DNA from: Candidatus Poribacteria bacterium
GTDB lineage: Bacteria > Poribacteria > WGA-4E > WGA-3G
NCBI GenBank assembly: GCA_965219695.1
Contig: CBDCOJ010000016.1
Location: forward strand, 32,360-96,359
Direction of reading: 5' to 3'
DNA length: 64,000 bases
Shown: piece by piece, positions 8,354 to 16,642 of the stretch
Layout: each line of letters starts with the position of its first letter
Numbering within the stretch: position 1 is the first letter of the stretch
Translations under genes and position numbers: made by a program
The notes under the pieces: generated by a model
Seen by the model: the letters and a program-made list of their open reading frames with translations, nothing else
What the model was told of the DNA's origin: nothing
Databases searched by the model: none

Positions 8354-9367
8354 TTGTATAAAAACGCAATCACGATTATTATAACATTATTGTTTTTTGT
8401 TTCTATATGCCCAGCAGCGGATATATCCGTAGAAGAATTGATCAACGGTGTAAACAAGGCACGGCTTACAATCAAAAGCGGTGAAGTTTATTCCAAAACG
8501 ATAGAAGAAAGTGAAGCGCGAAAAACTGAGGAAGAGATCGCTGAATTGATAAAAACGGAAAAAGAGGAGGAATTAAAGCGTTTCATCCCCTTCCAATCAT
8601 CTCCTGATGTTGATAAGGAAAAGTATGAAGCAGAAGAATACCTCAAAGCGAAACTTGAAGATAGTGCTCGATGGTATCGTCAACACAAGGATAATAGCCG
8701 GACGACAACACTCTTCAAAGTTCTGAATGCAGGTGACATATCACAAAAGCCTCAATACCAGTATAAGTTAACGCGAGTTGACTCACCAGGAGTTCCTCTT
8801 GATGAGATGTCAAGCCGATTCAGACCGTCAGATGATATTTTTCTTCTCGTTTATGATAAGCAAACCCAAGTCCGAGAATCTATAGGAGATATTATCTTTT
8901 CCTTAGATGATGATCCATCTGCTATTAGTTTTTATGATAAGAGTCAACATGTAGGGTATCAATATTTTCAGTTTTGGGGTAGATCATCTTACTATGTGCC
9001 ACCCAAGGCAAAACACATCGGAACAGAGAAGATTGACGGTGTAGAATGCCATATCCTTGTATTTACAACAACAGACAGGCGGAGAATAAGAATATGGATT
9101 GATCCTGAAAAAGATTACGCTGTACATAGGATTGACCACCTACCTCTGACAATAGAATTGGTGGTTTGGCGGAGTGTTTATAAACAGTTCGTTAAGTATG
9201 GAGATTTCTGGTTTCCGCAGGTTCATGTTGGTAATAGTTTCTTCCGGGACGGTAGGATAGAGAGAACGATAACAGATGAAGTGATTGATGCGGAATTTAA
9301 TGTTGATTTTCCCGACGGTTTTTTTGAGTTTGAGCGAGAATACTATAAGCCGCAGGATATGAGGTAG
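8354..9367 (+). CDS. Secreted LolA/RseB-like protein, paralog 3
   Basis: TTG start 7 nt after aggag, a signal peptide and the same motif set as paralogs 1 and 2. The TAG stop lies inside the following REP-A copy. Confidence 0.6.
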   Translation: MYKNAITIIITLLFFVSICPAADISVEELINGVNKARLTIKSGEVYSKTIEESEARKTEEEIAELIKTEKEEELKRFIPFQSSPDVDKEKYEAEEYLKAKLEDSARWYRQHKDNSRTTTLFKVLNAGDISQKPQYQYKLTRVDSPGVPLDEMSSRFRPSDDIFLLVYDKQTQVRESIGDIIFSLDDDPSAISFYDKSQHVGYQYFQFWGRSSYYVPPKAKHIGTEKIDGVECHILVFTTTDRRRIRIWIDPEKDYAVHRIDHLPLTIELVVWRSVYKQFVKYGDFWFPQVHVGNSFFRDGRIERTITDEVIDAEFNVDFPDGFFEFEREYYKPQDMR

Positions 9368-9425
9368 GAGCGATCTCCGAATCGCGATGGTAGGAGCGAT
9401 CTCCGAATCGCGAGTGCATTCCTAC
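9364..9425. repeat. Tandem REP-A x2 plus short CCTAC cap
   Basis: gtaggagcgatctccgaatcgcgatg, then gtaggagcgatctccgaatcgcga, then gtgcattcctac. Confidence 0.9.
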
Positions 9426-9453
9426 AATACATAACAAATCATGAGGTCGCAAT

Positions 9454-12351
9454 ATGGAAGATAACATTGTCCAATTGATACACAGGATTTTGACTGGTGA
9501 AGAGGAAGCATTTAGCATATTAGTCCAGAAGTATCAGAAGAGAATTCACGCCCTCGCTTGGCGGAAGATTGGTGACTACCATATCGCCCAAGAGATAACA
9601 CAAGATACCTTCATCCAAGTATATAATAACCTGTCCAAACTAAAGAATCCAAAACTGTTTGATGGATGGGTTTATGTGATTGTAAATCGGCTATGCTCCA
9701 ATTGGCTACAAAGGAATAAAGACACGATGCCGTTCTTGGAAGATATCCCGATTGAAGAAAGAAATAGAACTTATCATACACAATACCAATCAGAGCAACG
9801 TATGACAGAAATCAGAGAACATTACCGAGAAGTCGTCAAGAAACTATTAGAAAAATTGCCAGAGAGTGAACGCACTGTCATTACCCTCTATTATCTCAGT
9901 GAAATGTCCGTAAAGGATATAGGTAATTTCTTAGGTGTATCCGCCAATACCATCAAAAGTAGGCTGCATCGGGCAAGAAACCGATTAGAAGCGGAAGAAC
10001 ATCTCTTGATTTCTGAAGCATTTGGCGGTTTACAACTATCCACAGACCTAACCGAGAGCATCATGAAGCAGATTGCAGACATAAAACCGACACCACAGGC
10101 AACAAAACCATTACTACCGTGGATGGCTTTTGGCACTGCTGCGGTCTTGGTTATATTATTGCTGGGTGCGATGAGTCAACGGATGGGTCTTATTCAAAAA
10201 CCGTATGACTTTAATGCCCAATTAGAACCAACGATTGAAATTGTTGAATCTCCTATACACCTCGATACTGTTTCTAAACCTGCTTTGCGCAATCAAATGG
10301 GAAAGAGTGTTATTGATGGTAATGTTGATAGTGATGAATTGCCGGTATCTGAGGCGGTCTTAGTAAATAATGCACGCGAGAATGCTACGCATTTATCATC
10401 GTTATGGAAACAGACATACGTACCGCAAGGTGATCCTGTCTATAATCTCTTTGCTACCTCAAATGGTAATCTCTACGCATTTTCATGGACTGGTGTTTAC
10501 AAATTAAACAAAGGCATGACATCATGGAGAAATATTAGCAAAAACACACCTACAAGTATCATCGGCGCACCAATCGCTGAATACAAGGATACGCTATATG
10601 TTGCCGGTAGCGATAAAATATACACTTCATCTGATGATGGAATCTCATGGCAGGTATTTGCTTCCCGTCCAATTGGAAAACCTATTGGATTGGTCATAAT
10701 GAATAAAACATTCGAACGAAAATCACGCACAAGTTTTGTCATGTATATTGCCACGCAGGATAAAGGCGTATTTCGGTCTACCGATGCTGGTAGAAAGTGG
10801 ACTCCACTTAATGATAGGTTGACAAATAAAAAGATAACAGCAATCGCCGCGATGGATAATGCAGTGTTTATTGGCACAAACCGAGGGCTTTATCGCTTAA
10901 TTTCAGATGATTTGGAACGACTATCTGTGGTGGATAATACGGACAACGCTGTCCATGCATTGGCAGTTGATGAGAATAACCTTTATGTAGCAACGGGACA
11001 AGATTTTCTTATCAATGACTTTTCTGATACAAAGAATAGAGATGCTCGTAAGATATTCCACTCAACGAACCTCGGCATGACATGGACTGATATAACGCCT
11101 AAAGATAAATATTTCATGATAGGCACTTCACCTGCAAGCCCAACTCGTATTATAGCAAAAGGTCCGACGTTGTTCGTTTTAGGTGTCCCAACTTTCCAGT
11201 CAACAGATGCAGGGCAAACGTGGGTAAATCTTGGATTTGACACAACATCAACACCGTCAGCCCATGCTACAGTTATAGCGGTAGATGAGAAAACTTTTTA
11301 CAAATTAGATAAGTTCAGCATTCATCGTACAATTGATAGTGGCACAACGTGGCACTCTTTCATGAATGGAATTGTAGGGACAGATGTTCAGGAGTTGATT
11401 GTATTCAACAATCGACTCTATGTATATACAGGCAGCGACATTTATGAAACGATGGACAACGGAAAAATATGGGTGCCAGTGCGTTTTGATTACGGACAGT
11501 TCATATCCGAACACCTTGGACAGTCAGGATCTTATGTCCATCATCTTACTGATTCCAAGTTTGTGATTGTTGGCAAATCTCTTTACCTAATTTCACCGCA
11601 AGGTGAGGGTTTAGACATTTTCCGTTTACGCACAGGTGAAGCTGCGTTTTCAATGATTCAAAAGATCTCTTCTCGGAAACTGTGGAAAAACGCCAAATCA
11701 TCGTCTACTACACAGTTCTCTGGAGGCAAACAGAATATCGAATTGACTGAAAATAATACACTTTTCATAACATACAATAAACGGCTTTTAAAATGGAATA
11801 CGGACAATTCAATATTTACGGACACCGGCTTGATAGATACAAACAACCATCCTGATAATGGGTTCAAGATAGCAGCTGCATCACAAACCGTCTATGTGGG
11901 TAAACGAGATGGGAAACTATTCCAATCCATCAATGGTGGAGAAAGTTGGAGGGATATAACGTTGAGTCTACCCTCAACCTTTACCCACATTAAGGATATC
12001 GTATTTGCGAATATGAAGGTATATGTGGCAACGGATAAAGGTGTCTTATGTTCGCAAACTGGCGAATATTGGCGTCCGCTTACCGATAATGTTGGAAGAC
12101 ATATTGTCATAGATAAATTCGCTGTGGACGGGTTAAGTTTATATGGTGTTGGGGATATGGGTATCTATCGCTTAGATTCTGATAGTAAATGGGATCAGAT
12201 TTCTTCAAGTATCCCTGATAAAGTGCTATCTGTAGCGGTGAGTAGTGATAAACTTTATATCGCTACAAAACAGCGCGGGATTTTCCATATTTTGCTTGAG
12301 GAAAAACCTTTAAAAGTTAGTGATGTGATTAGCTCCCGTTCTACAAATTAA
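9454..12351 (+). CDS. ECF sigma-70 factor fused to a TM helix and a large BNR/Asp-box beta-propeller ectodomain
   Basis: One uninterrupted 965-aa ORF. Sigma region 2 reads ITQDTFIQVYNNL...DGWVYVIVNRLCSNW. The region 4 HTH reads LPESERTVITLYYLSEMSVKDIGNFLGVSANTIKSRLHRARNRL. A TM helix (LLPWMAFGTAAVLVILLLGAM) follows, then about 720 aa with seven S-x-D-x-G-x-(T/S/K)-W motifs. Confidence 0.8.
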   Translation: MEDNIVQLIHRILTGEEEAFSILVQKYQKRIHALAWRKIGDYHIAQEITQDTFIQVYNNLSKLKNPKLFDGWVYVIVNRLCSNWLQRNKDTMPFLEDIPIEERNRTYHTQYQSEQRMTEIREHYREVVKKLLEKLPESERTVITLYYLSEMSVKDIGNFLGVSANTIKSRLHRARNRLEAEEHLLISEAFGGLQLSTDLTESIMKQIADIKPTPQATKPLLPWMAFGTAAVLVILLLGAMSQRMGLIQKPYDFNAQLEPTIEIVESPIHLDTVSKPALRNQMGKSVIDGNVDSDELPVSEAVLVNNARENATHLSSLWKQTYVPQGDPVYNLFATSNGNLYAFSWTGVYKLNKGMTSWRNISKNTPTSIIGAPIAEYKDTLYVAGSDKIYTSSDDGISWQVFASRPIGKPIGLVIMNKTFERKSRTSFVMYIATQDKGVFRSTDAGRKWTPLNDRLTNKKITAIAAMDNAVFIGTNRGLYRLISDDLERLSVVDNTDNAVHALAVDENNLYVATGQDFLINDFSDTKNRDARKIFHSTNLGMTWTDITPKDKYFMIGTSPASPTRIIAKGPTLFVLGVPTFQSTDAGQTWVNLGFDTTSTPSAHATVIAVDEKTFYKLDKFSIHRTIDSGTTWHSFMNGIVGTDVQELIVFNNRLYVYTGSDIYETMDNGKIWVPVRFDYGQFISEHLGQSGSYVHHLTDSKFVIVGKSLYLISPQGEGLDIFRLRTGEAAFSMIQKISSRKLWKNAKSSSTTQFSGGKQNIELTENNTLFITYNKRLLKWNTDNSIFTDTGLIDTNNHPDNGFKIAAASQTVYVGKRDGKLFQSINGGESWRDITLSLPSTFTHIKDIVFANMKVYVATDKGVLCSQTGEYWRPLTDNVGRHIVIDKFAVDGLSLYGVGDMGIYRLDSDSKWDQISSSIPDKVLSVAVSSDKLYIATKQRGIFHILLEEKPLKVSDVISSRSTN

Positions 12352-13052
12352 GAACACATTTCTATTCTTTCACGCGCGATTTCTACATAGTTTGTGTCTA
12401 AGTCACAACCTGCGAATCTTCGGGAATTCCTAATAGCAGCAACACCTGTTGTGCCTGAACCGAGAAACGGGTCCACGATCATATCTCCTACGTTACTATG
12501 TTTTAACACCAAATCTTCGAAAAGTGATAAAGGTTTTTGCGTTGGGTGCACCCTGTTTCCATTATGCCGCGGGATTGGATATTCATAGACGCCAGAATCA
12601 TATTCGCTGTTAAAAGTCGGTTTGCCGACTTTCACCCCCGTAACTGCTACTTCTCGACTATTGGACAGATAGGTTGCCCGCATATTCAGTGGGACTGGGT
12701 TGGTTTTCTGCCAGATAATCAACCGAATCATCTTAAAACCCGCAGATTCCATCGCTTCTTTTAGCCTATCTATTTTCCAAATATCATACCATATAATAGC
12801 AGTTCCTCCGCGTCGCAAAGCATCGTAAAACGATATTGCCATATCCTCAAGATTAACTTCAGTCTGATCCCACTGCCCAAAGTCCATACTCACAGCGAAC
12901 CTTTTTTCTCCTTTTACCACCGACTTAAACCCCGTCTTTTTGCTTATGCAATATGGGGGATCGGTTAAGATAAGGTCAACCGATTTTGCTGGCAAAGCGG
13001 TCATAAAATCTTGGTAATCAGCAGTTTCAACCCGATAATCACGAGGTGTCAT
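12348..13052 (-). CDS. Beta-class DNA methyltransferase (N6-adenine / N4-cytosine type, DPPY)
   Basis: Motif IV (LILTDPPY) lies N-terminal to motif I (VDPFLGSGTTGVAA), the beta permutation (N6_N4_Mtase type). No endonuclease gene is adjacent. Confidence 0.85.
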   Translation of the reverse strand: MTPRDYRVETADYQDFMTALPAKSVDLILTDPPYCISKKTGFKSVVKGEKRFAVSMDFGQWDQTEVNLEDMAISFYDALRRGGTAIIWYDIWKIDRLKEAMESAGFKMIRLIIWQKTNPVPLNMRATYLSNSREVAVTGVKVGKPTFNSEYDSGVYEYPIPRHNGNRVHPTQKPLSLFEDLVLKHSNVGDMIVDPFLGSGTTGVAAIRNSRRFAGCDLDTNYVEIARERIEMCS

Positions 13053-13603
13053 GGACGCACTTCCTTAAGAACATTATAACAGCGTTAATTATTTTAGTAC
13101 TTTATATTTTAATATAATCACGCACATTGAGTCCAGTATTTTTTGTGGTAGTCCTAATTCGCACAGAGACATTCAATTCTCTAATAATTTCTTCCTTTAT
13201 CAAAACTCCAAAAATCCCATCCTCCGAGATGCACCTCCATAAAACACATCAACCTCAAATTTTCCCGCAAACTTATTGGAAATATATTGGATATCTATTG
13301 TCCGGCAAACCACAAAAACTTCTAATCACCACACAGAATTAGGTATAATATTAGGACGAAAAAACAGAACTGATGAATAGAACAAAAACCAGACATCTCT
13401 GAAAATCGCAATAACTATCAAAATGCAAAGACGACAACGCAAAACCTATCAAAATAACATATCTACGGTAAGAGAAAAACTATGTTCCTCAATACAGATG
13501 AGAAATATAGAAAATAAAATTAAATTCAAAATGAGAAAAACACCTATAAACTCATATAGGAACTGGATTTATAGCCAATTTAAAAAGTATACCGTGGTAT
13601 CAA

Positions 13604-13627
13604 AAAAGATACCGTACGGTATCTTTT
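13604..13627. terminator. Perfect 24-nt palindrome flanked by A/T runs, possible bidirectional terminator
   Basis: aaaagataccgtacggtatctttt, inside the gene-free region 13053-13963. Confidence 0.3.
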
Positions 13628-13963
13628 CACATGAGTTACGCCAATGAAGTTACGAGTAGATACACCCACAATTCATCCAATGTTTGCCTAAGATGACTAA
13701 GATTTTATACACAACACTTAGAGCCATTGGATTGGCACGAATCATACTTGTAAGAGGGCATTGTCCGCTCGATTTAACGAACTAAATCGTTTAATGTGAA
13801 GCACCCCTTATTAATCTTGAAAACGATATTTTTTCTATTCGATAAGAAAACTTGACAATTGAATGCCTCTGCTAATTCGCAAGTTTTGGTTGAAAACCAC
13901 GTATTAATCTGATAAACTGTATATAGTGTTATCTGAATCCCGTTACAGTTTCAAGGGGGTAAT

Positions 13964-15277
13964 ATGCAAGAACTTTATGATACACAAGCACCAAATCCAC
14001 CTTCTCGTGCAATTCTTGTTGGGGTAAAACTACGAGATGCCTTGATGCACGAAACAGAGGAATCGCTGCAAGAACTTCAACAATTGACTGAAACTGCGGG
14101 GATTGAAGTCGTCTGTGAGACAATTCAGTCACGCAACGTGCCGAATCCAACTTATTTTATTGGAGAAGGTAAGGTTGAAGAACTTAAAGATGTCGCAGGG
14201 GAACTTGAAGCGGATGCTATCATTTTTGATGAAGAGTTATCACCTGCGCAGACGCGAAATATTGAAAACATGCTTGATATAGCGACTGTTGACAGAACTG
14301 GTCTTATCCTACAGGTGTTTGCACAACGCGCATTAACCAGTGAAGCGCGGTTGCAAGTCGCATTAGCACAATTGGAATATGCGCTCCCACGACTCACACG
14401 GATGTGGACACACCTTTCCCGGATCGCAACCAGCGGTGGCAGCGGTAGTGGGGCATTGCGTGGTCCCGGTGAAACGCAGCTTGAAATGGACCGTCGGTGG
14501 GTTCGTAGGCAAATTTCTCAAGTCAAAAAATCATTAGAAACGGTCGAAAAACGGCGACAGGTGCAACGGCAGAACCGTTCAGAGAAAATCAAAGTATCTC
14601 TCGTCGGATATACCAACGCTGGAAAATCAACGCTTTTCAATACATTAACAGGCGAAAATGTCTTGGCAGAAGACAAACTGTTTGCTACCTTAGATTCAAC
14701 CACGCGGCGGGTGAATTTACCAGAAAATCAAAACATTCTATTAAGTGATACCGTCGGTTTTATCAAGAAACTACCGCATCAACTCGTTGCTGCATTCAAG
14801 GCAACTTTAGAAGAGGTTACAGAGGCTGACTTGTTGTTGCATGTCGTTGATATTAGCCATCCAGAAGCAGAGGCACAAGTCGCTGCAGTAGATACGGTGC
14901 TTCAAGAATTGGATGCTTCTGATATTCCGATGGTCATGGTGTTTAATAAAATAGACCAACTTGAAAAAGAAGACCAACTGCATATTCTTAAAGCCCGTTA
15001 TCCAGAGGCAATACCCATCTCTGCCCAGCGGGGAGATGGTATTGAAACGCTGACAGAAACCTTAGCACAACGTTTCGCTTCGCACGGTGCAATGCTCAAT
15101 CTGAGTATCCCTTATACGGAAGGAAAAGCATTGGACATGCTATATAAGCATGGAACGGTGTTAGGCACAGAGTATGCTGAGGATGCTGTTCATGTCAAGG
15201 CACGCCTGCCGGGGCGTTATCTCAAATCAGTCTTACAATTTTCGGCTAAGGATACAGAGACTCCGACCTACAACTGA
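13964..15277 (+). CDS. hflX: GTPase HflX
   Basis: HflX N-domain (DEELSPAQTRNIE, VDRTGLILQVFAQRA.T.EARLQVALAQLEY.LPRL, GPGETQLEMDRR). G1 is GYTNAGKSTLFN, G2 region is FATLD and G3 is SDTVGFI..LPH.LV.AF.ATLEE. Confidence 0.95.
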   Translation: MQELYDTQAPNPPSRAILVGVKLRDALMHETEESLQELQQLTETAGIEVVCETIQSRNVPNPTYFIGEGKVEELKDVAGELEADAIIFDEELSPAQTRNIENMLDIATVDRTGLILQVFAQRALTSEARLQVALAQLEYALPRLTRMWTHLSRIATSGGSGSGALRGPGETQLEMDRRWVRRQISQVKKSLETVEKRRQVQRQNRSEKIKVSLVGYTNAGKSTLFNTLTGENVLAEDKLFATLDSTTRRVNLPENQNILLSDTVGFIKKLPHQLVAAFKATLEEVTEADLLLHVVDISHPEAEAQVAAVDTVLQELDASDIPMVMVFNKIDQLEKEDQLHILKARYPEAIPISAQRGDGIETLTETLAQRFASHGAMLNLSIPYTEGKALDMLYKHGTVLGTEYAEDAVHVKARLPGRYLKSVLQFSAKDTETPTYN

Positions 15278-15289
15278 TGTGGGTATTGT

Positions 15290-15553
15290 GTGGGAATCAT
15301 GGGATGGTTAGACAGTATTGAGATCGGACACGACTTGCAAATCTGTCCGGATTGTGACCGTGAATATGAAGTACTTGAACAGTTTTTAGGTAAGTCCCAA
15401 GATAGACTAACAGATTGGATTGATGCTGTTTTTAACGATGCGTATTATATAGAACTTCGGTGTCCACAATGTCTTGAAACACGTTACTTGTGCATACAGG
15501 CGTTGACATCCACGCAATTTTATACTGAAAAGGAGAAAGCAAATAAAAAATGA
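15290..15553 (+). CDS. Small hypothetical protein with two CxxC pairs (zinc-ribbon-like)
   Basis: 87-aa ORF containing CPDC...CPQC. Its stop overlaps the next start (ATGA). Confidence 0.5.
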   Translation: MGIMGWLDSIEIGHDLQICPDCDREYEVLEQFLGKSQDRLTDWIDAVFNDAYYIELRCPQCLETRYLCIQALTSTQFYTEKEKANKK

Positions 15554-16341
15554 AGATAGGCGTTACCCAAATAATTCTCGGTAATATGTCACTTGATGAT
15601 ACCCTTTCGCTCTGTCAAGATGCTGGCTACGATGCGGTTGAACTTACCTTTGGTGAAGGGAAGGACACTGACATAAATATGAGTGATACCGAACTCAAAG
15701 AGATTGCTGCAAAGTGTGAAACCGCTGGTATTGAGATCAGCAGTATAACCGCAGGATACGCGAATCGTGGTAACCTGCTTAGCCCTGATGCGGAGCAACG
15801 TAAGAACGGCACGAAATCGCTTGCGCGTGGGTTAGAAGTTGCGGGAGCACTTGGCGTTGGTGGTATTTTACTTCACCCCGGTCAACTTTCCGTTGAGGGC
15901 ACTTACCAACAAGTGTGGGATAATCTTGTCGGAATTCTTAAAGACCTTGCACCTTCCGCTGAGACGTACAAAGTTGCCATCGGTTTGGAAAACGTATGGA
16001 ACAAATTCCTGCTCAGTCCAAAGGAGATGCGAGAGATTGTAGACGAAGTTGATAGTGATTGGGTCGGAACTTATCTTGACACAGCAAACATGATGGCGTA
16101 TGGCTATCCTGAACATTGGATACGTGAACTTGGACATCGCATTAAACGTGTACACTTCAAGGATTTTTCGCGTGGTGCACATAGTTTTACGAACCTGTTA
16201 GATGGCGATACAGATTGGACAGCAGTTATGGAAGCGTTCCGCGCTGTCGGTTATGATGGGTACGTAATTCACGAAGTTGGTGGAGGTAGGGAAGCACAAA
16301 TTGATCTTGCACAACGGATGCGTAAGATTGTTGCGATGTAG
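15550..16341 (+). CDS. Sugar phosphate isomerase/epimerase (xylose-isomerase-like TIM barrel)
   Basis: 263 aa with AGYDAVEL, LHPG, IGLEN, TYLDTANM and VHFKD patterns typical of the AP_endonuc_2 / TIM-barrel family. Confidence 0.8.
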   Translation: MKIGVTQIILGNMSLDDTLSLCQDAGYDAVELTFGEGKDTDINMSDTELKEIAAKCETAGIEISSITAGYANRGNLLSPDAEQRKNGTKSLARGLEVAGALGVGGILLHPGQLSVEGTYQQVWDNLVGILKDLAPSAETYKVAIGLENVWNKFLLSPKEMREIVDEVDSDWVGTYLDTANMMAYGYPEHWIRELGHRIKRVHFKDFSRGAHSFTNLLDGDTDWTAVMEAFRAVGYDGYVIHEVGGGREAQIDLAQRMRKIVAM

Positions 16342-16344
16342 ATG

Positions 16345-16382
16345 TTAAAAACAGAGGCGATGGCTTTTTCAAACCATCGCCT
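16345..16382 (-). terminator. Rho-independent terminator after tRNA-Leu; also closes the + strand isomerase gene
   Basis: 9-bp stem aggcgatgg/ccatcgcct with a 10-nt loop. On the minus strand it is followed by a TTTTT run. Confidence 0.6.
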
Positions 16383-16384
16383 TA

Positions 16385-16469
16385 TGCCGGAGGTCGGACT
16401 CGAACCGACATGGACCTAGGGCCCGCTGGATTTTGAGTCCAGTGCGTCTACCAGTTTCACCACTCCGGC
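16385..16469 (-). tRNA. tRNA-Leu (anticodon CAA), type II with long variable arm
   Basis: The minus strand reads GCCGGAGTGGTGAAACTGGTAGACGCACTGGACTCAAAATCCAGCGGGCCCTAGGTCCATGTCGGTTCGAGTCCGACCTCCGGCA. The acceptor stem is 7 bp, the anticodon loop is CT-CAA-AA and the T-loop is GGTTCGAGTCC. CCA is not encoded. Confidence 0.92.
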
Positions 16470-16473
16470 AGAA

Positions 16474-16581
16474 AGAAAGACAATCGGGGTTAGAAACTCC
16501 TCCTACAAAAGAAACATAATTGGGGTTAGAAACCCCTCCTACAAAAGAAAAACAATCAGGGTTAAATACCCCTCCTACAAG
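16474..16581. repeat. 3 x 36-bp direct tandem repeat ending in CCTCCTACAA
   Basis: Units at 16474-16509, 16510-16545 and 16546-16581 follow agaaa(g/c/a)a.aat..gggtta.a.a.c.cctcctacaa. The 3' half resembles the REP-B terminus. Confidence 0.9.
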
Positions 16582-16642
16582 AGTTGTTTAAATACGCTCT
16601 TTTCTTAAATATAACACATTTGGGGAGAAAAGTCAAAAAATT

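Noticed and set aside
8269-8475. 68-aa minus-strand ORF; similar cases are 3661-3954, 4535-4972 and 9297-9518
   Set aside because: These ORFs run through REP or hairpin repeats (translations such as VGAISESRW and GDRSYHRDSEIAPTSY recur wherever REP-A occurs) and overlap real gene ends.
13127-13647. ORFs 13127-13342 and 13423-13647 as genes, or as remnants of a restriction endonuclease next to the methyltransferase
   Set aside because: The translations are low-complexity (K/N/I/Q/T-rich), there is no RBS and no nuclease motif (PD-(D/E)xK, HNH, GIY-YIG) is recognisable. The region is treated as non-coding.
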